Shown piece after piece: positions 39,701-53,750 of a stretch of DNA of 64,000 nucleotides. The notes beneath the pieces are model-generated. The model ran no database searches. It was not told the DNA's origin and saw nothing but the letters and a program-made list of their open reading frames with translations. Source of the stretch: Auanema rhodensis (lineage: Eukaryota > Animalia > Nematoda). The translations under genes were made by a program, and so were the position numbers. The stretch spans positions 7,130,001-7,194,000 of the forward strand of contig OZ059897.1 of the NCBI GenBank assembly GCA_964057225.1. Reading direction: 5' to 3'. The number at the start of each line of letters is the position of its first letter. Position 1 is the first letter of the stretch.

Positions 39701-40462
39701 TCTGTTAGTACTTGTTAGACTTAAAAGATTTTCACCAAGTTCTATCTTAAATCACATTTTTCATATAAATTTAAACATTTATAACTCATAGTTAATATAA
39801 TTTATAATAATATTATATACATCTATGTATATCAATGTAGAAAAATAGGAAATAATTCGAAATATTTCATGAATAACATTTGAAAATCTGGTGAGGATAC
39901 TGTTTCTAATTCAGTCAATAAATAATTTAATTATTTGATGTATCAAGTGTTCTATAATATTATTATTATTATTATTATTATATGATATAAGTAAGTTATA
40001 AATAATTTATATTCTAATCTCATAGATATTCTTATTATAGTTCTTTGTTTTTAACTTTTTACATCATTTGAATTGTTATTTGAGTTTATTTATAACATCT
40101 CTAGAGATGTAATAGTAATGTTTAAGATATAATATCATTAAAAACAATAAATATAAGGGTAAGAATTAAATAAAATATCTTATATTAAGGTTTCAAACAT
40201 ACGTAACATAACATAACAATTGATTGAAGATTAATGATTTCTCAAGAGAATTTTTAAACGTTTATATTTACAATTTTATAATAAAGTTAACTAAATTATA
40301 AAATAAATTATTATATATATATATATATATATATATACAATATACAATATAATATTATATTATTAAGCATAATTACTGTTTTAACTATAAAGTCTGTACT
40401 TTAACAGATTGACTTACTTAAATATTACAAGTTGTCATGTTTCTCAACATTTCTCATACAAC

Positions 40463-42751
40463 ATGTCTACAGTGCAGTCCACAGCTACAAATGTCTCGAC
40501 GTATGAGCTTGGCTATTGTCCGAATAGTCCTGTTCCGGAAGCTAAAGCTTGGTTCATCTTTGGTTCATATGCTATTGGTATTATTACTCTTGTCTTTGGA
40601 ATCTACTGTTCACGTCTGATGCTTAGAACATTAACAGATGAATATGGATCATTTGTTAAATATATTTATGTTTATCATATATCTTGTATGATATCCGGAA
40701 TATTCGTTTCATTATTTGCGGTAATTATTTGAATATGGTTATAGATTAGATTCCCCCTCTCTTATCATCTTTATTTATATTAGCTATGCTAACACTAGTT
40801 CAAATTTCGATTATCACAGTTATTAAGAATTTTGAAACAATGACTAAACCTCAGGCTCAAATGCATTCTGAAGCAATGCCTGAAGCTCAGACTCGAATGA
40901 ATTCTGAAGCAATGCCTGAAGCTCAGACTCAAATGAATTCTGAAGCAATGCCTGAATTCTGAAGCAATGCCTGAGGCTCAGGCTCAAATGCATTCTGAAG
41001 CAATGCCTGAAGCTCAGACTCGAATGAATTCTGAAGCAATGCCTGAATTCTGAAGCAATGCCTGAGGCTCAGGCTCAAATGCATTCTGAAGCAATGCCTG
41101 AAGCTCAGACTCGAATGAATTCTGAAGCAATGCCTGAATTCTGAAGCAATGCCTGAGGCTCAGGCTCAAATGCATTCTGAAGCAATGCCTGAAGCTCAGA
41201 CTCGAATGAATTCTGAAGCAATGCCTGAATTCTGAAGCAATGCCTGAGGCTCAGGCTCAAATGCATTCTGAAGCAATGCCTGAAGCTCAGACTCAAATGA
41301 ATTCTGAAGCAATGCCTGAAGCTCAGACTCAAATGAATTCTGAAGCAATGCCTGAAGCACAGGCTCAAATGCATTCTGAAGCAATGCCTGAAGCTCAGAC
41401 TCAAATGAATTCTGAAGCAATGCCTGAAGCTCAGGCTCAAATGCATTCTGAAGCAATGCCTGAAGCTCAGGCTCAAATGAATTCTGAAGCAATGCCTGAA
41501 GCTCAGACTCAAATGAATTCTGAAGCAATGCCTGAAGCGGCTCACCTTCTTCCATAGAATAGGGGCACGTGAACTAATCAACAAAAACCACCTGAAAACA
41601 AATAAACAATAAGATTCATGTATTGTTTCAGGCTCCGGTGTACTATCTGCCACTATTGACTGGTTACAGTATCGGACTTTGGAATTATTTGGGCGTTTCA
41701 TTCTTACATCAAACATATATTAATGTTTTACTTCATTTTGTTGGATACGGTATATGTGTCATTCTATTTTTCTATCGATATTGGATAGTACGTGGTGAAA
41801 ATTCTGATTCAACTTCATGGATATTTCGTTTTGGAATACTTTTGATAACCTTGATTTATACTGTTCCATACTTTATGGTAATAACATGGGCACCACATAA
41901 TCTGTCCAGCATGCAAAGCTTGGTAAATGTAAGTTTGTTTTCTTTTTTTTTTTAATTCAAAAATTTGTTTATGTTTATCTTTCTAGTCATGTCCAGCTTA
42001 TGCTACTCTTTTGCATATACCTCATGCTCAAAATATTGGACGTTTTCGAAATGAATTTGCTCTTCGAGTTGATGCTTTTCTGTTTTTTATAATTTCTATC
42101 ATATTTCTTACATCTATATTCGTCCTCAAACACTTAATTATACGTAATTTGGATAAACAGAAGTTATCAATGTCTCAGAAAACAGCATTGTTGCACAGGA
42201 AATTACTTCGGGCTCTTGAATTTCAGGTAATTATCTTAACAATTTCCTATACTAAGCGGATAATTTGAGGCTCTTGTCCCAACAAGTCTCATAGCTTGTC
42301 CCATCCTATTATTACATCTGAGCATGTTTTTCGATATTCCTATGCCTTTAGGTAAGTGAATATATTATTTTCATATCTTTTATCATCAAAATATATATTA
42401 TTTTAGATTTGTCACATTTAATAGTAACATCAGCTCAATTTCATGGTATTGCTAATACAATTGGAATCATCGTCCTCAATAATAGCTTATTAACACAGTT
42501 TATACAAGGTAACTTGTGTATGCTTAGAAGAAACTTCTACTTAACAAATCAAAAACATGCTTTTCTTGTTTTTCAGATTTTCTTCGTCTATTTCATGTAA
42601 AAGAAAACTTTGTTTTGAAACCTCCATTGACATCAATAGAAACGAAGGTTTTTAGATTCCAATGGTGCAGCTTGACGATAAACTTAAATAAACATTATTT
42701 CAGACAAGTTCAACTCTCAATGTTCACAGTTCTATTAATGTTATATCATAA
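40463..42751 (+). CDS. Serpentine chemoreceptor GPCR, Srh/Sri-like (Str superfamily)
   Basis: Exon 1 40463-40720, exon 2 from 41632, then short exons to the stop at 42751. Seven hydrophobic segments with family motifs PVYYLPLLTGYSIGL..LGV, LFFYRY, SMSQKTALLHRKLLRALEFQ..P, FHGIANTI. Confidence 0.87.
40850..41538 (+). repeat. 36-bp minisatellite with 91-bp higher-order repeat, inside GPCR intron 1
   Basis: Unit GCCTGAAGCTCAG(A/G)CTC(A/G)AATG(A/C)ATTCTGAAGCAAT; 19-nt deleted variants at 40950, 41041, 41132 and 41223 (91-bp spacing). Confidence 0.97.
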
Positions 42752-44611
42752 TAATATTTTTATTTTTTCTTTTTTTTTAAAACTAAAATTCTATAAACAA
42801 TGCTGTTCAATGCTGATTTCTGTTATAAGTATTAATACATTCATATCACATCATTATTTCAATAATAAACTATATTTAAATATTTAAATGAATACATATA
42901 CAACAAATGATTTTTAAAACTAATATCTTTAATAATTCAAAAATGCTGGACATGAAGCTTAAAACTTTGTTTTTTGAGGTGAATCAGATAGAGCTTCATC
43001 ACACTTCCTGATCTTACAATATACCTCATACATGACTTTTTTTCAGCAGTTTTGTATTAATTACAAACATTTTAATCAAATTTTACATGATTTTGGTTTT
43101 TTTTTACGGAAATTTCAAAAAATAAAAGAATTTCGCTTTCAATAAAGTTTGATACTGTCTTCTGGTATTCCATAATGTTTTTCATTCATACTAAGCTTTT
43201 AATAGATTTCAATTGTTTCACAAAATATTTCAAACATATTATTAAAAACTGAAATTATGATTGAAAAATACTTCCGTCAAGCTCTTTTGAAGAAAACATC
43301 GAACTTAGAATGTACAAGAGACCGTATGATCGACGATTCGCTGGAGTGTCACATGTCCCCATAGGTGAATTTTTGGGATTTGAAGCTGTTTCTAACAGAT
43401 TGTTTGATATTCTAGTACGAATCATATTAAATATCATCTAATAATCATATATAATTAATTTTTTTCTGTTGATTATTCATAATAATAATTCTCTCTTCTT
43501 CATTATTTTCAAATACATCTGTTTCATTTACTCATCATCGTATCCTAACCATGTCAACTACTCTTTAAGATATTCAAGAGGGCTTTATCTTGTCTATTAT
43601 TAAAAACTGAAGAATCTTTTGTCGGTTAACTTAAGCCACTTTCATTTCTTCTTTTTGCTATTCCGACTTCTAAGCACATGTCCCATTCTCTTGGGCTTTA
43701 TCAAGTTTTCTGATAACACACTGATGGATTGCTCCAAAAATGCTTCAGTTAACGTTTCGTCAGGTGGTACAGAAACAATATACATATTTGGTTAGCTTTA
43801 ATCCCTGACTAACCTTCAGCATAGCATACAGAAGACCAATTAACATGCAATTCCAAAATACAGCTCAAATGAGAAAATGAGTGGTTGGACGAGCTGTGGA
43901 CCGTAAAGCATTGCCTGCATGGCCAGCATATGTTCATAGTTCGTTCAATTTTTGATTATGTTTGTTGAAGGCTGTCAAGAAAAATAGATGACTGACTTCA
44001 TTAGATATATTAGTTTAAGGGCAAACGACAAATTTATAAATTAACTGAATCTCATAAAATCTAGTATAGTATAGAATAGTTAATATAGTTTACAACAAAC
44101 CTACCATATCCATTAATTCAGAGATTTTCTTTCAAAATGTGTGATGTGAATGAATCTTATGATTTGAATAAGCTGTTAAACTGAAAACTTATTTGTATAA
44201 AGTGAAAGCGTTACAGTAATCTTCATGTGTTACTCGTTCATGTTGCAACTTTTTTTTAATTAATAGAGTGTGAGTTGCGGGAAATCTAATGAATGCCAAG
44301 ATTATGATGTCATGCCAGTGGGCAGTAAACTATATATATATATATCATTAAAAAATTGTTTTTATGCTGTAATAATTAATATTTGAATACGATATGATGA
44401 TGTAGATGTCTGTTTAATACCGCTTTGTACGGATCTGTACTTGTATGTATGTGTGTGTGTGTGTGTGTGCCAGATGTGATTGCGCAATATTACTTCAGAG
44501 GACATCATCATCATCATCTATTGCTGTTATGTTTCTTGGTAATTTTTCTCTGTTCTTTAGCCTTTGTTAGATCCAGAAAATCCCCTGGTTAAGGATGAGC
44601 TTAGTTTGAAC

Positions 44612-44712
<101 letters not shown>

Positions 44713-46045
44713 GATTCTCTTCTCGTGTTTTTTTTAACTTATTTATACACACTAATCTGAATAAAGACAGAGAGATTAATAAAAAGGTTAACATCTGATT
44801 GTTTAAGACGATAAATAGAAATACATATGTTAAATGAAGAGAAACAACAACTGTTGTTGTTAACTATACTATATAGTATATGAATATTTAGGTGAATAAC
44901 ATCAAATGATTGTAACGAAAAATGACTACAAGATGATGAACAAGAGTTCGAACTATATTGATGACAAATAAGATTATATTACTTATGTATCTGTCATATG
45001 TATATCAAAATTCTATCTCAATCTGATGCTGATGTCATAGCAAGTTGCTGTCAGCTATGCTCAAGCTGTATCGAAGATGTAAGACATCATATCTCATATA
45101 TTCAGAAGAAGGATAAGACGCTTTCAGACTGTTCAATCCCTGAAATCGTTCTCTCATCTTGGCTTAAGTCTCATCGTCTTCACGTTATGATGAGAATCTT
45201 AATGAAGACGACAGTATTCTTCTGATTTGTCAAGTGTAGGCTTTGACGTTCTTCATCACGAATGACCCACATTGCTTGTTAGACGATGAAAGGAAATCAT
45301 CATAGGACTCCTTACTGCCTAATCATCATTCTCAACAAACTCATCGTAGGAGACATGGTCATGATGATGATGAGTAGTAACATCAACGTGTTCGTCAACG
45401 TTGTTGTGTTTAAGCTTTTCACCTCATCATCATCTATGACGCAGTACATGTGAAGTAAATGCTGATTGTTTCCGAGGTCAATCAATCAAATAACAACCAT
45501 GAATCAGTACCAACAGCAGAAGACCTATCATTACCGGCCATTATATAATTATATAAAATTTGATTATTCTATACTATGCTTATAAAATTAAATAATATCA
45601 TTTTTCTATTTTTATGTCTCAATTAACCTGCAACAACATCGAAGTTTCTAGTATGTTTCCCATGTTAAGAGCAGAACAGACCAAAACTTTTTCAGAAAAG
45701 TTGAGTTGCAAGAAAGTTTTTTAGTACAAAGTTTTATTTTGTAAGCGATTTGAATCAAATTTTCTAAAAAATGTCAACTAATTTTGCAGAAATCTCACAA
45801 AATGCAAGATAAGTCAAAGTTTTACACGTTATGCATCAACAGAATTACATAATTTAATAATTAAATAAAAGAACTTACAATGAAAACAGTTTAGGGTGTG
45901 AGATGTTCGACATCTCATGGTAACATCCGAAAATTACAGAACCACAGCTTACATTACCTAACGTTTCTAACCCGGACCACATGAAGATCATTGAATTTAA
46001 TGGGGAAAAATTGATAAATTTCAAATTTTTTAAATATTGAGTTTG

Positions 46046-46217
46046 GATGTGATGATGCAACCTGAAAGAGAATAAAGTTTTGTGATTAACATTGAAAGCT
46101 GTATGTACTTGATCCTTGGGGCGATGTTATCATGTCAAGATAAGAATTAGAAACCAACAATTCGAATTCAAATTTTCATTTTTCGTTTCGAGACAACGAT
46201 GAGCGGTTGTTCTTCTA
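46046..46217 (-). pseudogene. Dispersed lysozyme pseudogene fragment (intron 3 to start of exon 5)
   Basis: Close direct match to 37765-37935 (ATGTGATGATGCAACCTGAAAGAGAATAAAG..GAGCGGTTGTTCTTCTA). Confidence 0.8.
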
Positions 46218-46440
46218 ATTACAGGAATTCAGATCAAACATTCGATCATTTGTTGAAAGATATAGAAAAACGGGTATATACCTATATATATATTTATTTA
46301 TATTGTTAAAAAGAAATAAGTAATCTTTATATAGTATTTATTTATATAAAATATAATTAACTATAATTAATATTAATTGTATTTGATGCTTCTCCTTTTA
46401 CTCTAATTAGAATCATAGTGAGTAAGCTTATATGATACAT

Positions 46441-46495
<55 letters not shown>

Positions 46496-48828
46496 AGTGA
46501 CCCTAGATACTAGTGATCATATTTTAAATGAAAGATTTTGTAGAAATAGATCAATAGACTAATTATATCAATAATAATAATAATAATTCATATTGTTATT
46601 TCAAAACCTTCAAATTTAACGAAAAGCTGTGCAGCTGCAACAAGACAGGCTAATCTGATTCAACAGTTCACAATGTACAAACTTAACGAATAAGCTATAT
46701 ACTAAGTATATAATTAGCATATTAGTATAAATATAATAGTTTATATCACTACCCCCTCCCCATCCACCTACAATCATCCATGTATGTATGTATGTATATG
46801 ATATGAATGTCCGTTATAGACATGAGCATCTGAACTTTAATGATGTAAATAAGAAAATATATAAGTTATATTAAACTATAATTAGATTTCTATATGTATT
46901 ATTGGATTAAATTGTCATCTAAGCCTAACCTATGTCAAAATATATAAATAATAAAATTATATAACATATCATTAATCTATTATTATAGAACTTAACCTAT
47001 AATATTCTATAAATTTATTTAAATTTTCATTAAAACAGTCTTTCAATTTAAATTGAATATACATATGTATGTGTCATCAAGTTGTATAGTTTTTTCTTTT
47101 TATTTTTAAACATCAAAGTGAAATATTCAAATACATTCTTCTTATCGTTTCCTGTTCAAATGCCATTTTCCTTAAAAATTATCGATGTTTGAGAATATTT
47201 AACTATTCGGAAGTATTTATAAACTATATAAGGTCAAAAAAAAAGTTTTATGACCTATAGTTCAAAAATTTTAGTTAGGATTACGATAAGATTACTCTAG
47301 ATTTTTGAAAAGAAAAGTTAAAACTTCCATTCCTTCAAAGAAAACATCTTAATTCGGTCAAGATAGGTATCTCTCTTACTCACTCACTCCCCCCCTCTCT
47401 CTCTCCTTCTCTCCGTCTCTCTTTCTCTCTCTCTCTATCTCTCTGTATATTGGATTCTTTCTTATTCGATGTAAATTAAGAAGAAATTTTCATTGCCAAA
47501 GGTCGTTGTGTGACCATTATTGCTTACTGCCACACCACACTGGACTCATCTTCTTCATCTTGTCAACAGCCTACTCATCTAGTTCAATGGCTTGTCTTTC
47601 ATTTGACCGTAGAGAAGCCCAATGATGATGATGACGATCATTCTCTCTCTCTCTCCCTCTCTCTCTATTTCTCATCTTCAGCTTTCTCAAAAGGAGTTAG
47701 TAGAGAATCATGATATTGCGAAAAGAAGAGAAACAGTAGCCAATGAAGCCAAGCTGACAAGGACGGAATTCATTAAGTTTTATGATCGTTCTTCTGGGAA
47801 ATCCTCTTCATATAAAGCAAAAGAAGATATATATGTATATCTAGATAGTAATAGTTGTTGTAGTTATATTAGAAATGAAGTAAATTACTTAAGTAATTAT
47901 ATGAAAAGTATTTTAACAAGTCATTTTACAACTAACTACAACAACTTGTTCAGCAACAATTCATTAGTATTCTCTCTTTTATTTTAAATTATACTAAACT
48001 CTACTATACTATATCGTATAGTTAACTACTGAAGTAAAACAAAAACATCAAATTTCGATGAAATTGAACAATCCTTGAAGTCAGACCCAAAGTTAGTCAA
48101 GTGAAAACTAATATTCAATAAGAAAAAAAATAGGAAGAACCTAAAGCAACCTGATTTGCCTAGCAGAATATCGAGATTTCCTGCTTGTATAGCCGTTTTT
48201 GAACTTTTTTTTCATGATTTGTTCAACTAGTTTATAAGCAAGTAAGTCATATTGTCTAGGCTATTCATTACGCACAACTTAACTTCGAAAATCTTTTTTT
48301 TCTGTTTGAAATTTGTCTCACTTCCATCCAACTTTATGGCGCCAAATTTACAATTTCCATTAGCCATGGAATCGGAACAACTGAAACAAGAGTAAGAGAG
48401 AGAAAGAGAGAGAGAGAAAGAGAGAGAGAGAGTAAATTACTGAGAGGAACAACTTGAGATTACTTGTATATTTCATACACTATCCTCGTTAACTTAACCT
48501 CTCAGCACCAAAGTTTAATTGATTTCAACTTCCGGCAAGAGATTACTGTGTTTGAATACCAAAATGTCATTTGAATGAATCATATGTTGTAAGAATAGTT
48601 TGAAAAAATCCTAACCGATTTTTCTGTTCACATCCGTCTGAACCAAGTCTGTTAACTTCCGTTGACTTTGCTAAAACGATTGGATTTTCAATTGTTTTTG
48701 GCACCTCTCAGCAGCATTATGACCTTCATAACTGCAATCAAAGTTTCTATTCTTTAAATAGTTAACTATGCTAAGGGCCATTTACTATATTAAGCAAGCA
48801 ATGCCATCTCTCTTTTACCCGGATAACT

Positions 48829-48881
<53 letters not shown>

Positions 48882-51800
48882 ACTTCAAACTTAGGACAGT
48901 TACTCTGTTAGTACTCATCATCTTTCCTATTCATTAATTTTCCCATTTACAGTAAAAGAATCCAAGTGGATCTATTTCCGTTCGGTCGAATGCTCATTTA
49001 GCCAGCAATTCACAATCACTTCCAACCTTTATTCGGCTCTTTTTATTACTTTTTCATTCATCCAACTAGATATTTCTCTGTTACCTTGGCCAGATCAATT
49101 CACAATTTCCTTTTCCTTCCTCTTCACCTTTTATCTTTTTTCTTGTTCATCTCATCTGTTCCTTTTTTTTCTTCTTTTTCTGCTTGTTTTCAACCTTATT
49201 TCTAATATTTATATATCTTTACTATACCATATAGTAGAGATATTATTAAGAATGATACTTAAACCTCAATGAATGTCTTTTGTATTTGTGTCTACTTTCC
49301 GACTCTTAACCCTTTTCATCCCGGTCATGTTATAAGGCTTATGACACAGCAGCATGAGCAATAGATACAAGAGGATTCATCACGAACACCTGCAATCAGC
49401 CTTTTCCAGCATGGCTAAAGTATTGTAAAAGCTTATTATACGTATATCCTTACTATAAAGCCAGATACTTTCTCTGAACCTCATACACACATCCTTTTAT
49501 GGATTTATGATAAGTCCATTTCTATTCATTACAATCGAAAACAATGCTTTCATTTCCTTGATGTCACAATAAAATAGAAAACTCAGAAGAGAAAAAAGCC
49601 TTTTCACCTAACCATATACTATATACTTAGCTATTCTGTGAGATTTCCTGCTCCAGTGCAGTCGAAAAAATCCCGAAAAACGGAACAGATCAAGTCGGAT
49701 ACAGGTCTGTTGTCCATCTGCGATGTCACCAGCATCAGGTCAACTACATCTGTCGACAACGCATGTTATGCTCTGTGTTCTTTTCACCCTCTATCAACTT
49801 CTACAGAATAAGGTGAGAAGAATGATTTAGGTAAAAAAATTGCATATTACGCTGTAAGCTCAAGACGTTCAGTCAAAACTTGGCCAGATTGTCTAACCAT
49901 ATCCGTCCGTTCCCTCTTAATTCCTATCATAAGACATATTAGCCATATTGAATAATCAAAACAGCATATGTTGTATGAGTGAATGAGATTGTTTACACAT
50001 CGCATGTCTTTCCAGAATATCTAATACAAAACAGTTTTTCAGTTTTTCATCTCTTATGCACTTCTCTGTTTCTCATACCGCAGTAGTGTTGGCTCAGATT
50101 TCAATATTAGAATGTCTTAATACTATATGCATATAGTAAAAAGGTATAAAAGACTGAAATATGGTTAAAAGAGAAATCTTTTTAATTAGTAATAAGGTAT
50201 CATTTGAATTTGGCCGACACATAACCCATTCAAACAAACTTCTCAAGTCACTAATCGGTATAGGCGACATACCACCCATCTACTTACCTATTCAACTCTT
50301 CTGTCTCTCTCTCTCTCTCCATCTCTCTATCTCTATCTTGTCTCTTTGCACCTAATAGCCGGCGATGAGGTGGCCGAGCTAGTTGTCGGCTTGTTCCATA
50401 TATACATTCAACAGTCAGTCAAGCCGACGACCATCAATCCGTAATTACCGTCTGATGAACCAAAGAGGTGGAGCGAAGGTCGCATGCATGCCATCCATCT
50501 TGCTCGTGTACAAGCGTCGACGGAAAAGTAGAAGAAGAAGAACCTGTAACCAGGATAACATGTTATTAAGCCTTTGAGAAGAAAAACGGATATGACAGTA
50601 CTTTGTAACCAGCCATCTTTCGGTTCTTCTTCAAACGGATGTATATGTACATGTATCTTCTTCTCTTCTTCTATGTTCTTTGTCATCTTTTTTGTCTTTT
50701 CTTTCAATTATTTTAAGAAATTTATTTGTTAATATATACGTATATATACAATACATTCATATAATCTTTGTCAGTTAGTTAGAAAGACAATGAATGATGT
50801 TACATGTTGATGACAACAACAAACCATGTCCATCGTGATGAGGATGAGGATGATGATGATGATGATGACCACATATGAATATATCATGTTATTCTTCTTA
50901 TTCTTTCATTCCCTTATTCTCCAGAATAATTAAATAGAACATGTGTTAGTTCTTCTTCATCTTCTTTTCATTCTCTTTTATAACTTTTTCTTGTTTACTT
51001 CATTTTCAAGCATTATTCCAGGTGGCTTCATCAAGCTACAAAGCCAATCCTTGTAGTGCACTTTCAAACCATATACCCTTACTCTCTCTCTCTCTCTCTC
51101 TTTCTTATATTAAACTACTGGCTACTAACTATATGTTTTGACTCAAATGTATCCAGCAACGTGAATCCATTATGAGATTTCGTTAAGTTCATCATAGTTG
51201 AACCTCATATGTCCGGAATTGTGAAAAGCTTGCAGCGCATCATTGCATTTGGAGATACATACGTCGTACTCAAATTCAATTTATTTTACTTTTATTCTTC
51301 TTTTCTCTCCCTATCGACACATTTTCTACTATATCATATAGTTACATAGTATATACATATATCTAGATATACCTTGTATATGGTCATCAGCAAAGTACTG
51401 AGCCAGACAAAACCCTACTTGCGATACCTTTGTGAGCCATGGATGGATGATGCATCATCTCCCGGTAGATACCATCCGGCTGGAGTCTCTGTACCGGAAA
51501 TCTCGTCTGCAACTCAGATGAATGACAAAGAAAAGCCGACACTGACCACAGATTGAGGTATACAGAGCTGGACCAAGAGATTTCAGAGATTGAATAACAG
51601 AGAGAGAGAGAATGAGAGAAAGAAAAAGAGGAGGGAGGCTAGAAAGAGATCATAATGAGTCTGACCAATTATGGAAACTAGTGATTCTATAGCCATTATT
51701 TGACCTTTTCCGACCATCATCATCTCACATTTACACACATAAACAAGAGAAAAAGATTCTTATTCTTCCGATGAATCAGATGGCCATTAGATCGTTTTCA

Positions 51801-52608
51801 AGGAATCCTTGTATGTTTGTTTATCTTTTCAAATATTTTTATTTATTTTTTTCATCAAATCAATAAGAAATATCTTGAAACCTCATTTCAAATATATAAT
51901 TATGATCTGAGTGTCTGTGTTAACTATGCATTCGTTCACTTTTTTCAACAACATTTCGCGCTCATTGATGACATCAACTAACTTCCGATGCTCTCTTTCA
52001 ACACTTCTCGTTCAGAATTTTCTGCTAAACTATGCAGAATATACTATTTCAATTTTTTTCTTCTTGCCCTTCTTCTTCTTCTTCTTCTTGTACTTCTTCA
52101 TAAGTACCTTAATCCTTTCTATTTCTCTTCATATTCACATCTAGCACATCTCTCGCCTGCTAACCACCAGCAGCATATTCTCTCTTTCAACTAACAATAT
52201 CTTTAGCTATTTGCCGCTTAAAAAAACATCATTTTGTTAGTACAATGACCAAAGACTGTGTGATAGTGATAGGTCTTTTTACAACTTTTTTTGACCACTT
52301 TATTCAAAAAGAATATAAAGACAGGAGGGAATAGCCTATCTAATAGAATAGTCCGGCTTCGAACTTGCCGACAAAGATGCGCCGAACTGACAATTTGCAT
52401 TCAAATTTGATAATTTTCTTTAACAAATGGGAAACATTAAAATCAAAATTACACTGATCTATTCATACATATGTATTCTCAAGAGAGGAATAGCTTTTCT
52501 AGAATTGTATTGATGCTGGAACGATGAAGAATTAGTATGAAAATGAGCTGATTAATCGAGAGAACAAGAATGAGGGAGAGGTTTAAGTATTTCTTGAGAG
52601 AATAACAA

Positions 52609-52639
<31 letters not shown>

Positions 52640-53715
52640 TGAATCTAAAAGGGAAAATAGAAGAAACTAGAAGATGATGATGATGATGATGATGATGAAG
52701 AAGCTGAACTGACGATGAGAGATGAAGTGTTGATATGTCAGAATGAATAGATGGATGTTTCTATCTAGAATATTGTAATAATATGTAGCGATTATAATGT
52801 TATCTATCTTTGAACCACCTACGTACTACGTGCTTCATCTCATATGTGTCTCTCTTAACCTTATTCTTTATTAACTTCTCTCTCTCTCTCTCTCTCTCTT
52901 CTATTATCTCTCTTAATCTTAATTCTATCTGTCAACTTATTTCTCTGTAAGTAACAACTTTCTTTAATTCGATAGTAATAGCTTTTCCATCATACTATCA
53001 GCCAATCAACTTCCTAACCAACAACAGTTGATCAAAACAATAGAAAATCATACTTTTCATATCTTCACCTCTGACGTCTTCTCTCTCTCTCTCTAACTGG
53101 CCCAACCTCTCTTAGACATATGACTTACAAGAGATAGACGTTGTAAATATGTTACTTACCTTCACTGTTCATTGAGTATAAGCAGCAGAAGGTCCTGATT
53201 CTTACTCATTTTCTCCTTCATGTCTCATCTCGTTATTCCAAATTCAGTCACTTTCAGCCATCTCAATATTGAAGCAGATTTTTTCGATGTAAATCTGATT
53301 TTGGGCTTATTACCTGTCAACTACTGTATAACCATGGTAATTCAACCAAGTGTCTGACCTTGCATCACAAGGCTCCAGATGGTCTGACTGCATCACGGTC
53401 ATTGTATTCCTCATGTTTTGCAGCTATTTTTCTCCCCAAAAGAATACAGATTCCTTAAATTTCGATGCAGATAGAGATTTGTACAAGATGTCATATAGTG
53501 CCAGCCTTTTCCAGTCTTGAGAAATCTATGCTCAATAGTCAATCAAAGAAAGCATTTTTCTCCAAATTCAACTTAATCTAAGCCTTCTTTTACAAAACGA
53601 TCTTATTCATTTTTTTCATTGATATACCAAGCTCTTATGACAATCAATCCTTGAAAGATACTATTCTCATACAATATTTTCTGAATAAAGTAGAAAATCC
53701 AAAGCAAAACTAAAC

Positions 53716-53750
<35 letters not shown>

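Noticed and set aside
40850-41538. Minisatellite as a CRISPR array or Helitron heat-shock-element array
   Set aside because: No unique spacers and a eukaryotic context. GAA/TTC spacing (GAATTCTGAA) does not fit nGAAnnTTCn, and I see no Helitron terminal hairpin.
43250-44230. Exon-like segments downstream of the GPCR (also 36850-36960)
   Set aside because: Splice-like signals are present but the frames I read contain stops and no family is recognisable.
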